Positions 16,768 through 24,930 of a DNA stretch of 24,930 nt are shown in pieces. Numbering within the stretch: the stretch's first letter is position 1; each line of letters starts with the position of its first letter. Source of the stretch: Gemmatimonadota bacterium (lineage in GTDB: Bacteria > Gemmatimonadota > Gemmatimonadetes > Gemmatimonadales > GWC2-71-9); the NCBI GenBank assembly GCA_039586365.1, contig JBDHKN010000069.1, forward strand, positions 1 through 24,930, in the 5' to 3' direction. The position numbers and the translations under genes were made by a program. Under the pieces are notes generated by a model that was not told where the DNA came from, searched no databases, and was given only the letters and a program-made list of their open reading frames with translations.

Positions 16768-18330
16768 GTGATCACTGACCCATCACTGCTCAGGGCAGTC
16801 GTAACGGTGGCCTTCGGCGCCATGGCAGGCGGACTCACCAACGCAGTCGCCATCTGGATGCTATTCCACCCGTACGAGCCGCGCGGTACGAAGCTGTTCA
16901 GGCTCCACGGTGCTATTCCAAAGAACAAGACCCGCTTGGCCAAGACCATCGGTCGCACGGTGGGTCAGCGCCTGCTTTCGACGGACGATCTGGCACGGCA
17001 GTTGACTGCGCCTGGTATTCGCGAGGCCTTCGACGGAGCAGTGCGAAGTTTCGTATCCTCGCTGCTCGAATCGGAGCGCCGGTCTCTGCGAGAGGAACTG
17101 CCTTCCAGTCTCCTCGCAGAGGTCGACGGGGCCATCGACTTCATAAGCGAGACCGTCGCGGATCGCGTCGCAGAGTATGCCGGCACTGACGCGTTCCGCG
17201 AGAGAGCCATTGATTTCCTGACCCGGACCCGCAACCAAGTAGCCGAGCAGCAGATCGGGGAGGTATTGACTGCCGCCCGGCGCGAGGTGGTCCGGACGAG
17301 GGTTGAGAAGTGGATATCTGATGCCGCTGCAAGCCCAGAGTTAGACCGCATAATCGGGGAGTGGATGGATCGGCAGCTCGTGCGGCTCGCCGCCGATCGG
17401 ACGCCTCTGCTGGAACGTCTGCCGCAGGGATTGATTGCGGCCGTCGAGAAGGAGATAGCCGACTACCTTCCCATCGCGATCGACCGGATCGCCGGCGTAC
17501 TCGGGGATCCCATTGCTCGGCACAGAATACAAGATGCCCTGCACGAATTGTTCGATCGGTTTGTACGGGACCTGCTGTTGCACGAGCGAATAGTCGCCCG
17601 CCTCGTGGTAACGGAACGGACGATCACGCGCGTGTTGGACAACTTTGAACGCGATGGTGCCGATCAGCTTGCCAAGCTCCTCGAGCAGCCCGAAATGAGG
17701 AATCAGGTCGCGCGCAGCGTAAACGACGCAGTAGTGAACTTCCTTCGCCGACCCATGGCCGATCACATCGAACGGCTCGGGCCGGACCGCATCGACGGCG
17801 TGAAGAAGACTGCGGTCCAACAGACTACGGACGTGATTCGTGATCCGGCCACACGCAAGTACGCGATAGAGAAGCTGGACCTGGCACTGCAATCCGCCGA
17901 GAAGCGCACCTGGGGGGAGTTGCTACGGCACATACCTCCCGAGCAAGCTGCCGACTGGCTGGTACAGTCCACGAGTGACCCCAAGGTGAGGAAGTGGATT
18001 GCTGATGGCACTCGGACGGCTCTCACTGCACTGCTCGATCGACGGATCGGAACTCCCGCCGGCTGGATGCCCGAAGGAAGTGTCGACCGGATCGCAGACA
18101 AGCTGTCCCCGGCCCTATGGGAGTGGACTCAGAATCAGGTCCCCGCCGTAGTGGAAAAGATCGACGTCCAAACCATGGTCGAGGAGAAGGTATTGGGGTT
18201 CTCGCTGGAACGTATCGAACAGATCGTCCGCTCTACCACTCAGCGCGAGCTGGATATCATCGTAAGGCTGGGCTATGTGCTAGGAGCTATGGTAGGAGGA
18301 GCCGCCTACGTTCTGTCCCTCTTCATCTAG
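16768..18330 (+). CDS. DUF445 (UPF0754/YheB-like) membrane-anchored helical protein
   Basis: N-terminal GGLTNAVAIWMLFHPY..GAIPK and C-terminal ELDIIVRLGYVLGAMVG, with a long helical middle. Confidence 0.88.
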   Translation: MITDPSLLRAVVTVAFGAMAGGLTNAVAIWMLFHPYEPRGTKLFRLHGAIPKNKTRLAKTIGRTVGQRLLSTDDLARQLTAPGIREAFDGAVRSFVSSLLESERRSLREELPSSLLAEVDGAIDFISETVADRVAEYAGTDAFRERAIDFLTRTRNQVAEQQIGEVLTAARREVVRTRVEKWISDAAASPELDRIIGEWMDRQLVRLAADRTPLLERLPQGLIAAVEKEIADYLPIAIDRIAGVLGDPIARHRIQDALHELFDRFVRDLLLHERIVARLVVTERTITRVLDNFERDGADQLAKLLEQPEMRNQVARSVNDAVVNFLRRPMADHIERLGPDRIDGVKKTAVQQTTDVIRDPATRKYAIEKLDLALQSAEKRTWGELLRHIPPEQAADWLVQSTSDPKVRKWIADGTRTALTALLDRRIGTPAGWMPEGSVDRIADKLSPALWEWTQNQVPAVVEKIDVQTMVEEKVLGFSLERIEQIVRSTTQRELDIIVRLGYVLGAMVGGAAYVLSLFI

Positions 18331-18339
18331 CTACGGGGT

Positions 18340-19569
18340 TCAGCGCGATGTGACGCGAGCTGGATCATCCCACATGCTCCAGTCGCTCGGACCGTACATG
18401 AATAGCACTGCCGGATAGCTGCCCACGGTTGCACGCTCAACAGCATGTCGTTTGGAGCCGGTCACGCGCTCGGGCCATACCCTCCCAAGCAGATCAGCAA
18501 ACCGGTCAGCCGCGCCGTCACTATCCCATACTGACCACCAAACCAGACCGTGCTGGCCGGCGACGTCAAAGACTGCGTAGCGGTCCCCCCCCCAGCCCAG
18601 TGCGCCAGCGGCAGCGGTGGATTCGCTGCCCGTCAGCTCCGTTAGGAGCACACGAATCTCATACTCCCCCAGTCCGTCCGTGTAGACGGCGCTCTGTGCG
18701 CCCGCAAATTCGAGATTCACAGGATTGTCACCAGCGCGATACCTGTCGGGATGAAGAATCTGTTCTGTCGAGGTTGGCAGTCGTGATCCATACGGCACAG
18801 TGTCCGGATAGAACCGGTTGAACCACCCTACGAAATCGGCACCCGCCAAGTAGGGAAAGATCAATCCCTCACGGACAATCAAAGGGGCCGAAGCAAATAC
18901 TGGCATTCTTTGCTCTTGTTCCCGAATCGCGCGTCGCCGTTCACCATCACTCCAGAAACTCCCCAATGCACTCAGGTCTTGTCCCGGCACGAGCGCGAGT
19001 ATGGAACCGATCATGGCCTGGCCCTCCAAAACCGCCTGAGCAGCGATCTGGCGATCGTTCTGGCGTTGTAGATTGAGAACCGAGTCGATCGGCATGTATT
19101 GATCTTGCAGTGCATGCACCAGCTCGTGCGCAATCGTGAACCTGGCGACAGCCGGGTCGCTGCCCTCGACCACATACAACATCGACGAATCGGGATCGTA
19201 ATACCCGGCCACTTGTTCTGAGTAGAGGTCGAGGAGCAGCGCAGCCAAGTCCAGGGTGTCCGGGATCAGACCAAACATCCGATATGCTATCGTAAGCCGC
19301 TCGATCTCTTCCGGCGGCAATTCGGTTTCGATCTTCAGGTTGAGGTACGCACGCACCTGCTCGCGCGAACGCAGGGCGATCTGAGGCGGGACCTGGAAGG
19401 TGAGGCCCACGGCCCGCTCGACCTGAGGTATCACTTCGTCGGCGATCTCCCGTATTCTGGCATCCGCCTGCGCCTGACTACGGTCGCTGCAGGAGGTGAG
19501 ACCCACTACCAGAGGAAGGACTAGTAGGCGGGTGAGTGGGTTGCCAGGAAGGCGCAACAGTTGCTTCAT
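18340..19569 (-). CDS. Putative zinc metallopeptidase lipoprotein
   Basis: Lipobox LTSC, VAGYYDP, AHELVHALQDQ (HEXXH), EGQA, FPYLAG and PTSTEQILHP. Confidence 0.8.
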   Translation of the reverse strand: MKQLLRLPGNPLTRLLVLPLVVGLTSCSDRSQAQADARIREIADEVIPQVERAVGLTFQVPPQIALRSREQVRAYLNLKIETELPPEEIERLTIAYRMFGLIPDTLDLAALLLDLYSEQVAGYYDPDSSMLYVVEGSDPAVARFTIAHELVHALQDQYMPIDSVLNLQRQNDRQIAAQAVLEGQAMIGSILALVPGQDLSALGSFWSDGERRRAIREQEQRMPVFASAPLIVREGLIFPYLAGADFVGWFNRFYPDTVPYGSRLPTSTEQILHPDRYRAGDNPVNLEFAGAQSAVYTDGLGEYEIRVLLTELTGSESTAAAGALGWGGDRYAVFDVAGQHGLVWWSVWDSDGAADRFADLLGRVWPERVTGSKRHAVERATVGSYPAVLFMYGPSDWSMWDDPARVTSR

Positions 19570-19690
19570 GGGCTCTCTCAGACAAGTGATGATCTCCGAC
19601 ACCCACTATAATAATGGGTTCATTGAAAAACGCTCCCAGCAATGCCGGGAGCGTCTCTCCAACTCCCAATCTTGATATCCCGGCTCTACT

Positions 19691-20524
19691 CTATCTCCTC
19701 CGTAACTCAATTCTCCCGTTGACCGTCTCTAACCACAGGCGCGGTCCCCCACCACCAATTGTGCCCGTGAGCCGCCGGGCAGAAAACCGACCCTGCACTG
19801 TGAGCGGGAAGTCGGTCTCAATCCCACCGTTCACTGTCTTGGCGGACACATCAGCGCCAACTCCGTCGGGGATTTCTACCGTGATGCTGCCGTTCACAGT
19901 CTCGAACTCTAGCGCTCCACTCCACTGGGTGCTTCCCAGCGCAACCCAGATGGAACCGTTTACCGTCGTTGCCTGCGCTATGCCGCTTGTGCTCACGTCG
20001 ACATCGCCGTTCACCGTGTGCACTTCCACATCACCGTTCAGTGACTCAACGTCAATTTCCCCGTTCACCGTGCGGCCAATGAAGTTCACACCCGTGGGCA
20101 CTCGTACTGTGAAATGGACTTCAACGTCGTTGTCGCGAGTGTTCATGCTGCCCCGCCGACCTGGGCGGCATTCATTGGGCTCATCAGCACGCCGTGGCGT
20201 AGGATACACAGCACAGATCGTTACGCCTCCGTCGTGTTCGATCACTTCGAACTCAATGTCTTCTGCCTCACCACGGCGTCCCTCCCTTATCTGTGCCGTG
20301 ACCGCGACCTCGGTCCCGCTTGCCGCAACTGCTCGGATATCACCCAACACACCCTTGACCTCGATTGCGAGGCCTTCACCGATGCGTCCCGTCCACTCGA
20401 AGTCCTGGGCGCTCTGCATCACCACATGTGAGCCGCTTGAGCCATTTGTCTTGCCAGCCGGACCGGAGTGGGGCAGAGCCAAAGCCACCGACCCCATGAC
20501 ACCAATGATCGCTAGAACCTGCAT
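19691..20524 (-). CDS. DUF4097 beta-strand repeat (putative adhesin) exported protein
   Basis: Signal peptide, repeated TVNG[EDS][IV] motifs, GGAGG SD. Confidence 0.88.
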   Translation of the reverse strand: MQVLAIIGVMGSVALALPHSGPAGKTNGSSGSHVVMQSAQDFEWTGRIGEGLAIEVKGVLGDIRAVAASGTEVAVTAQIREGRRGEAEDIEFEVIEHDGGVTICAVYPTPRRADEPNECRPGRRGSMNTRDNDVEVHFTVRVPTGVNFIGRTVNGEIDVESLNGDVEVHTVNGDVDVSTSGIAQATTVNGSIWVALGSTQWSGALEFETVNGSITVEIPDGVGADVSAKTVNGGIETDFPLTVQGRFSARRLTGTIGGGGPRLWLETVNGRIELRRR

Positions 20525-20563
20525 GTTGCCAGACCTCCCATTCTCTCTTCTCTCTATGGATTC

Positions 20564-21424
20564 CTATCTCCGGCCGCCACCAGCACGCCGCAGTTCGATA
20601 TTGCCACTGAACGACTCGAGCTCTAGCCGGGCCGAGCCGGTCCCCAAGGTGAAGTCGAACTGCCTTCCACGATTGCGAGTCCCGGTAAGGGTTACTGGAA
20701 AGGCCGACTCGAAGTTTCCGCTAAACGTTGCAGCCGAGACAGTGGCATTGAATCCCTCAGGGACGACCAGCACTACGTTGCCCGAGTGAGCGCTCAGGAA
20801 GTACCTCCCGTCGTCCTCAATGGTGCCAGTGTAATAAACGCTCCCACTTATGGTGGTCGCCTCGACGCTGGCCGATTGTATACGATCTAGAGTGACTGAA
20901 CCGCTAGTTGTTTCCGCGGTGATTTCACCCGTGGCATCAACGACCTTGACGGAACCACTCACTGATTGCGCCGTTATGCGACCCTGCGCCCCCTCGAGCT
21001 CGACGTCACCGTTCGTTGAACTCAATGACACGACACCGCGTCCACCCCGCACAATTACGTCCCCTTGGGTGGTCTGCACCCTGATCTCGCCTTCAACACC
21101 GGCTATGCGGGCACTCGTGAAAGTCCCACCCACCTCGACATCCATCGTGGCAGGGATAGTGATCTGATAATCCACCGATGCGGGTCCCCTCCACGATTCA
21201 GCCCTCAGCCGGACGATCGACCCCGATTCCCTGATAGCTATCTCGGTTCTGGTGGAATGATCGGCCACGATCCGCATCTCGCTGCGAGACCAGGTCCCGA
21301 TGACCACCTCTCCCGCAAAGCTCTCGATATCGAGTCGCATCCCCGGCTGTACTGAGATCACTGTATCGGTTTGCTGTACCACAGCTGCACTGAGCAGCGC
21401 TCCGGTCAGTACTGTTGCTAGCAT
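20564..21424 (-). CDS. DUF4097 beta-strand repeat exported protein
   Basis: Signal peptide, repeated T[TN]xG[DS]V / SFSGNI motifs, GAGG SD. Confidence 0.88.
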   Translation of the reverse strand: MLATVLTGALLSAAVVQQTDTVISVQPGMRLDIESFAGEVVIGTWSRSEMRIVADHSTRTEIAIRESGSIVRLRAESWRGPASVDYQITIPATMDVEVGGTFTSARIAGVEGEIRVQTTQGDVIVRGGRGVVSLSSTNGDVELEGAQGRITAQSVSGSVKVVDATGEITAETTSGSVTLDRIQSASVEATTISGSVYYTGTIEDDGRYFLSAHSGNVVLVVPEGFNATVSAATFSGNFESAFPVTLTGTRNRGRQFDFTLGTGSARLELESFSGNIELRRAGGGRR

Positions 21425-21441
21425 TCTATCCTACCTCGTTG

Positions 21442-22134
21442 TTAGCTCGCCGCGTTCACTAGTGTCGCCGCACGCTGCAAGACCCTGATCTTTCGCTTCA
21501 TGATCGCGCCCAAATGAGCTGTCAAATAGCTATCTGCCGGATCGGTCCGAAGCGCCTCGTATGCATCGGCAATAGCCCCATCTATTGTGTCCAGGCTCTG
21601 CTCCAGAACACTCACTGTGACGGGATCGAGACGGTCTCTGGCCTGCAACAAGACCTGTTCGAGTTCAGCCACGGCGGCGTCATACTCCGCGACGTCGAAA
21701 CCCGCCAGAACAGCGTTGCCCATCACTGGTTCTGCTACGGTAGCCACCGAGACGGGGTTGCTCCGTGAACCAGCAGAGTGAGCCAGCCAGACCCCCCCGG
21801 CGGACACAACTATCAGGGCGATGCCGGCGGCAATTAGTTCTGGCAGAGTGAAAGCGAATTGTCGCCTACGCCTGGTCCCGCGCTCCCCACGGCCAATCTC
21901 GGCAGACCCATCTCCAGGGATGGCGCGGATTCGTTCAGCGATGCCTGGCCACAACTCGCTTTCTGGCGGACGATCTTCCAGCATCTCTGCCCGCCTCTTC
22001 ACATCCCGGAGCTGCTCCAGCACACCTCGGCAATCGCTACACGTTGCGATGTGTGCCTCTAGTTCTGCCTGTTGGGACTCGTTCACGTGGCCATCCAGAT
22101 ACTCCGACAGCCGCCCGGTCCAGTGGTCGCTCAT
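21442..22134 (-). CDS. Zinc-finger (zf-HC2) anti-sigma factor with one TM helix
   Basis: LSEYLDG...EAHIATCSDC (HxxxCxxC) and central TM LIAAGIALIVVSAGGVWL; directly follows the ECF sigma gene. Confidence 0.92.
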   Translation of the reverse strand: MSDHWTGRLSEYLDGHVNESQQAELEAHIATCSDCRGVLEQLRDVKRRAEMLEDRPPESELWPGIAERIRAIPGDGSAEIGRGERGTRRRRQFAFTLPELIAAGIALIVVSAGGVWLAHSAGSRSNPVSVATVAEPVMGNAVLAGFDVAEYDAAVAELEQVLLQARDRLDPVTVSVLEQSLDTIDGAIADAYEALRTDPADSYLTAHLGAIMKRKIRVLQRAATLVNAAS

Positions 22135-22142
22135 CTTCTCTC

Positions 22143-22697
22143 CTACCGATCCAGATGCCGTCTCAAGGTCATCCGAGCCCGATGCAGTTGGGCTTTCGAA
22201 GTTCCGGCGCTGACGCCCAACATTGCCCCGATCTCTTCATGCTTGAATCCCTCGACGTCGTGCAGCACAAACACCTCTCGAGCCCCTTTCGGTAGGCGAC
22301 TTATCGCCGCCTCGAAGTCGATCTGTAGCTCTGGCACAGCCGGGCGATCGTGCATTTGCAGCAGCAACCCGTCTCCGGCACTCAGCCTGACCCGATCGCG
22401 TCCCAGTGCAGCCCTGCGACCCAGCATGAGATTGATCGCGAGCCGGAACAGCCAAGTCCCAAACCTCGACTCCCCCCTGAAAGTCCGCAGCTTCTCCCAA
22501 GCCCGGACGAACACGTCCTGAGTGATTTCGTCCGCTGCATCGACACCCAACATGCGCCGCGCCAGACTGTGGATGCGGGCTACATGCTGCCGATACAGCC
22601 GCTCGAAGGCCTGCGCGTCGCCACTCGCCGCCAGCGTTGCGTCCACCGCCTCCGAGTCGGAGTGGCCGGCGTCTACGCGATCACGCAGGACTCTCAC
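22143..22697 (-). CDS. ECF-type RNA polymerase sigma factor
   Basis: GDAQAFERLY, QDVFVRAW, FRGESRFGTWL and LHDVEGFKHEEIG..LG...GTSKAQLHRAR. GTG start uncertain. Confidence 0.95.
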   Translation of the reverse strand: MRVLRDRVDAGHSDSEAVDATLAASGDAQAFERLYRQHVARIHSLARRMLGVDAADEITQDVFVRAWEKLRTFRGESRFGTWLFRLAINLMLGRRAALGRDRVRLSAGDGLLLQMHDRPAVPELQIDFEAAISRLPKGAREVFVLHDVEGFKHEEIGAMLGVSAGTSKAQLHRARMTLRRHLDR

Positions 22698-22728
22698 CCC
22701 AAGGGCCCATTCTACTCATCACGCCCTG

Positions 22729-22757
22729 TTTGATAGTTGGAACAGGTGAATGGTTGA
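22729..22757 (-). promoter_or_regulatory. Putative autoregulatory ECF promoter
   Basis: Minus strand TCAACC-N17-ATCAAA, ~30 nt upstream of the sigma start; fits the general ECF AAC...TC pattern. Confidence 0.5.
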
Positions 22758-22762
22758 CAGGA

Positions 22763-22841
22763 GAGAGCAGGGAGCGGAGAGCTGGGAGTGGCGAAGACTC
22801 CGCATGCCCTCACAGCTCCCCGCTCCCCGCTCCCCGCTCCC
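22763..22841. repeat. Inverted heptamer arrays (GRGAGYN x4 facing NGCTCCC x4) forming a long hairpin
   Basis: gagagca gggagcg gagagct gggagtg (22763-22790) ... agctccc cgctccc cgctccc cgctccc (22814-22841). Confidence 0.85.
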
Positions 22842-22843
22842 CC

Positions 22844-23617
22844 TCACCCCCCCAAAGCAAACTCCACGTACCAGCGGATTAACAAATCACCGAACACGAA
22901 GACCACCGCTGCAGCCCCAGCCAAGAAGACGCCAAACGGTACCAGACGCTTCACCTTGAACGCCAACAAGGGCGCGAAGACCAATGTCCCCAGCAGAGAG
23001 CCACCAAAGATCGTGAGTAGCACACCCTTCCAGCCGACAAAGGTGCCAACCATCGCCATCATCTTTATATCACCACCGCCCATGGCCTCCTTGCCAAAGA
23101 TCTTCTCACCCGCCACTGCCACAACATAGAGCACCACGAAGCCAACGACCCCCCCCAACACAGCTCGGGCCAACCCACCGGTGCCGCCCCGTAACGCCAA
23201 GAGTAGCCCAATTACCAATCCTCCAACCGTGTATTCATCCGGGATCAGGTAGTGTCGAGCATCGGTGACGGCTATCCCCAGGAGGATCGTGCCGAATGTC
23301 GCTGCGGCCAGTCCGGTCAGCGTTGGGCCGTAGTACCAGGTAGCACAGGCCCAAGTCGAGGCAGTAAGCAGCTCGATAAGCGGGTACTGAACGGAGATTC
23401 TCTGCTTGCAGCGCCGGCACCGGCCACGAAGCATGATCCATGATAGGATGGGGATGTTGTCGAACCATTTGATCGGATTGGCACAACCCGGACATCGAGA
23501 GCCGGGATGGACAACGGACTCATCCTTGGGGAGCCGGACGATCAAGACATTGAGGAAGCTGCCAATCGCTGCACCTAGGATGCCTGCGTACACTATCCAA
23601 GTTGTGTTACCTGCCAC
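22844..23617 (-). CDS. pilD: Prepilin peptidase / N-methyltransferase (A24A)
   Basis: GSFLNV.I.RLP, SRCPGC, WFDNIPILSW..LRGRCRRC, IPD, MGGGDIK and PFGVFL. Confidence 0.96.
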   Translation of the reverse strand: MAGNTTWIVYAGILGAAIGSFLNVLIVRLPKDESVVHPGSRCPGCANPIKWFDNIPILSWIMLRGRCRRCKQRISVQYPLIELLTASTWACATWYYGPTLTGLAAATFGTILLGIAVTDARHYLIPDEYTVGGLVIGLLLALRGGTGGLARAVLGGVVGFVVLYVVAVAGEKIFGKEAMGGGDIKMMAMVGTFVGWKGVLLTIFGGSLLGTLVFAPLLAFKVKRLVPFGVFLAGAAAVVFVFGDLLIRWYVEFALGG

Positions 23618-24377
23618 GTTGCACCTCGTACAAGATGATACCGGCTGCTACTGTAACGTTGAGCGACTCTGCGCCCTGTGCCAGTGGGATCGCAATGTGT
23701 CTAATGGCCAGATCTCGCACTGCCTGCCGCACACCCGCACCCTCATTACCTACCACGACTGCCAGTCGATCTGGTGCCGCGAGTTTCTTGATCGACATGC
23801 CATCGGCGTCAGCGATCCAGAGCTGGGCATCATGGTCGGTTACCCACTTCCCCAATCCGTTCACGGTAGTATGAGCCGCCGGAAGGCGGAAACTGGCGCC
23901 CATCGCCGCGCGGATGACCTTCGGATTCCGGGGATCCGCCGTGCCGGAGAGAAGAATCGCGCCTGGCGCACCCATCGCAAGGGCGGTTCTCAGCAAGCCA
24001 CCCACATTCCCGGGGTCTTGCACCCCATCCAGGACCAACACGGCAGATCCCGGCTCGGGCCGCACAGCACCCAGCTCAAACCGGGGAGGGTCGATTATGG
24101 CCACGACTCCCTGCGGCGTCTCAGTCTCAGCTAGATCGCGGAGAGTCCGGTCAGGAACCTGCTCCAGCGGCACCGCGTGAGACGCGAGAGTCCGTAACAG
24201 AGCAGAACCCCGCGCCGTCTCACCCAGCGACTCGCCCACCAACGCTCCCCGGAAGACGACGTCGGCATCGAGCGCTTCCTCCACCAGACGGACGCCCTCT
24301 GCCACAGTGAGGCCCTGGCGCTTGCGCCCCTTCCGCTGTTGTAGATTCCTAATCAAGGAAGCCAAATTGGATGCCAT
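23607..24377 (-). CDS. TrmH/SpoU family RNA 2'-O-methyltransferase
   Basis: EGVRLV, TETPQG, LDGVQDPGNVG.LLRT, VGNEGAG and ESLNV..AAGI.LYE. Start at MASNL. Confidence 0.95.
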   Translation of the reverse strand: MASNLASLIRNLQQRKGRKRQGLTVAEGVRLVEEALDADVVFRGALVGESLGETARGSALLRTLASHAVPLEQVPDRTLRDLAETETPQGVVAIIDPPRFELGAVRPEPGSAVLVLDGVQDPGNVGGLLRTALAMGAPGAILLSGTADPRNPKVIRAAMGASFRLPAAHTTVNGLGKWVTDHDAQLWIADADGMSIKKLAAPDRLAVVVGNEGAGVRQAVRDLAIRHIAIPLAQGAESLNVTVAAGIILYEVQRGR

Positions 24378-24473
24378 GGACGATTCTCTCCACAAGTACC
24401 ACGCGGGCTACAATGTTAGCCCGATCGCGGCTTTAGCCAAGCATGTTCCTGCCTCCACCTTGGGATTCAGAGA

Positions 24474-24930
24474 ATGAGAATCGCACTGACGATCGCAGGC
24501 TCGGATTCCGGAGGCGGTGCGGGAATCCAAGCTGACCTGAAGACTTTCCACCAGTTCGGCGTCTTTGGCACCAGCGTCCTAGTGGCCATAACGGCGCAGA
24601 ACACGCGTGGCGTCAGTGCGATTCACGCGATTCCGCAGGATATTGTCGCAGCCCAGCTCGATGCATTGGCTGGAGACCTTCCACCGCAGGCCTTCAAGAC
24701 CGGCATGCTCGCTACAGCGGAACTGGTGGAGACCGTAGCGGAGTCAGTACGACGACATGGGTTCCACAGGTACGTACTCGATCCGGTCATGGTGGCAACC
24801 TCAGGTGATCGGCTCTTGGACCGGGACGCCGAAAGGGCGGTTCGCGAGACGCTCATTCCCATGGCCACCGTGGTGACGCCTAACTTAGATGAAGCGAGCA
24901 TCCTGGTGGGGGAAACCGTGGACTCGGTGG
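24474..24930 (+). CDS. thiD: Hydroxymethylpyrimidine/phosphomethylpyrimidine kinase, 3'-partial (absent from the ORF track)
   Basis: [25 protein letters not shown]...TAQNT...KTGML...[11 protein letters not shown]...VVTPNLDEA; runs off the window end. Confidence 0.97.
   Translation, partial: MRIALTIAGSDSGGGAGIQADLKTFHQFGVFGTSVLVAITAQNTRGVSAIHAIPQDIVAAQLDALAGDLPPQAFKTGMLATAELVETVAESVRRHGFHRYVLDPVMVATSGDRLLDRDAERAVRETLIPMATVVTPNLDEASILVGETVDSV

Noticed and set aside
19614..20789. 391-aa plus-strand ORF
   Set aside because: Antisense shadow of the DUF4097 genes.
24378..24473. TPP riboswitch upstream of thiD
   Set aside because: No CTGAGA...ACCTGA core is visible, and the gap is under 100 bp and shared with a divergent gene.

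Overview
GC-rich bacterial chromosomal window; gene content and order suggest Gemmatimonadota (inference only). The first ~4.1 kb is a decayed accessory zone. It holds a frameshifted, C-terminally truncated tyrosine integrase facing the 3' end of tRNA-Lys(TTT). Next comes a 'collapsed' phosphate regulon: phoB, phoR, pstB and phoU survive only as fused ends with ATGA junctions intact, followed by an intact OprO/P-like porin. After that are a truncated VOC gene, a 21-bp tandem array with a near-palindromic core, and a tRNA-Leu(CAA) fragment with att-like geometry. From 4.2-9.9 kb lies a four-gene minus-strand module: membrane sensor kinase, NarL-type regulator, TonB-dependent receptor, and a stand-alone multi-TM protein resembling the kinase's own sensor domain. 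A histone-H1-like/SWIB protein follows. The rest is mostly housekeeping: ffh-rpsP-rimM-trmD-rplS-rnhB, a GltS-type symporter, a DUF445 protein, an HEXXH lipoprotein, an ECF sigma/anti-sigma/2x DUF4097 operon, pilD, a TrmH-family methyltransferase and partial thiD. All family calls come from motif recognition by eye; no database search was run.
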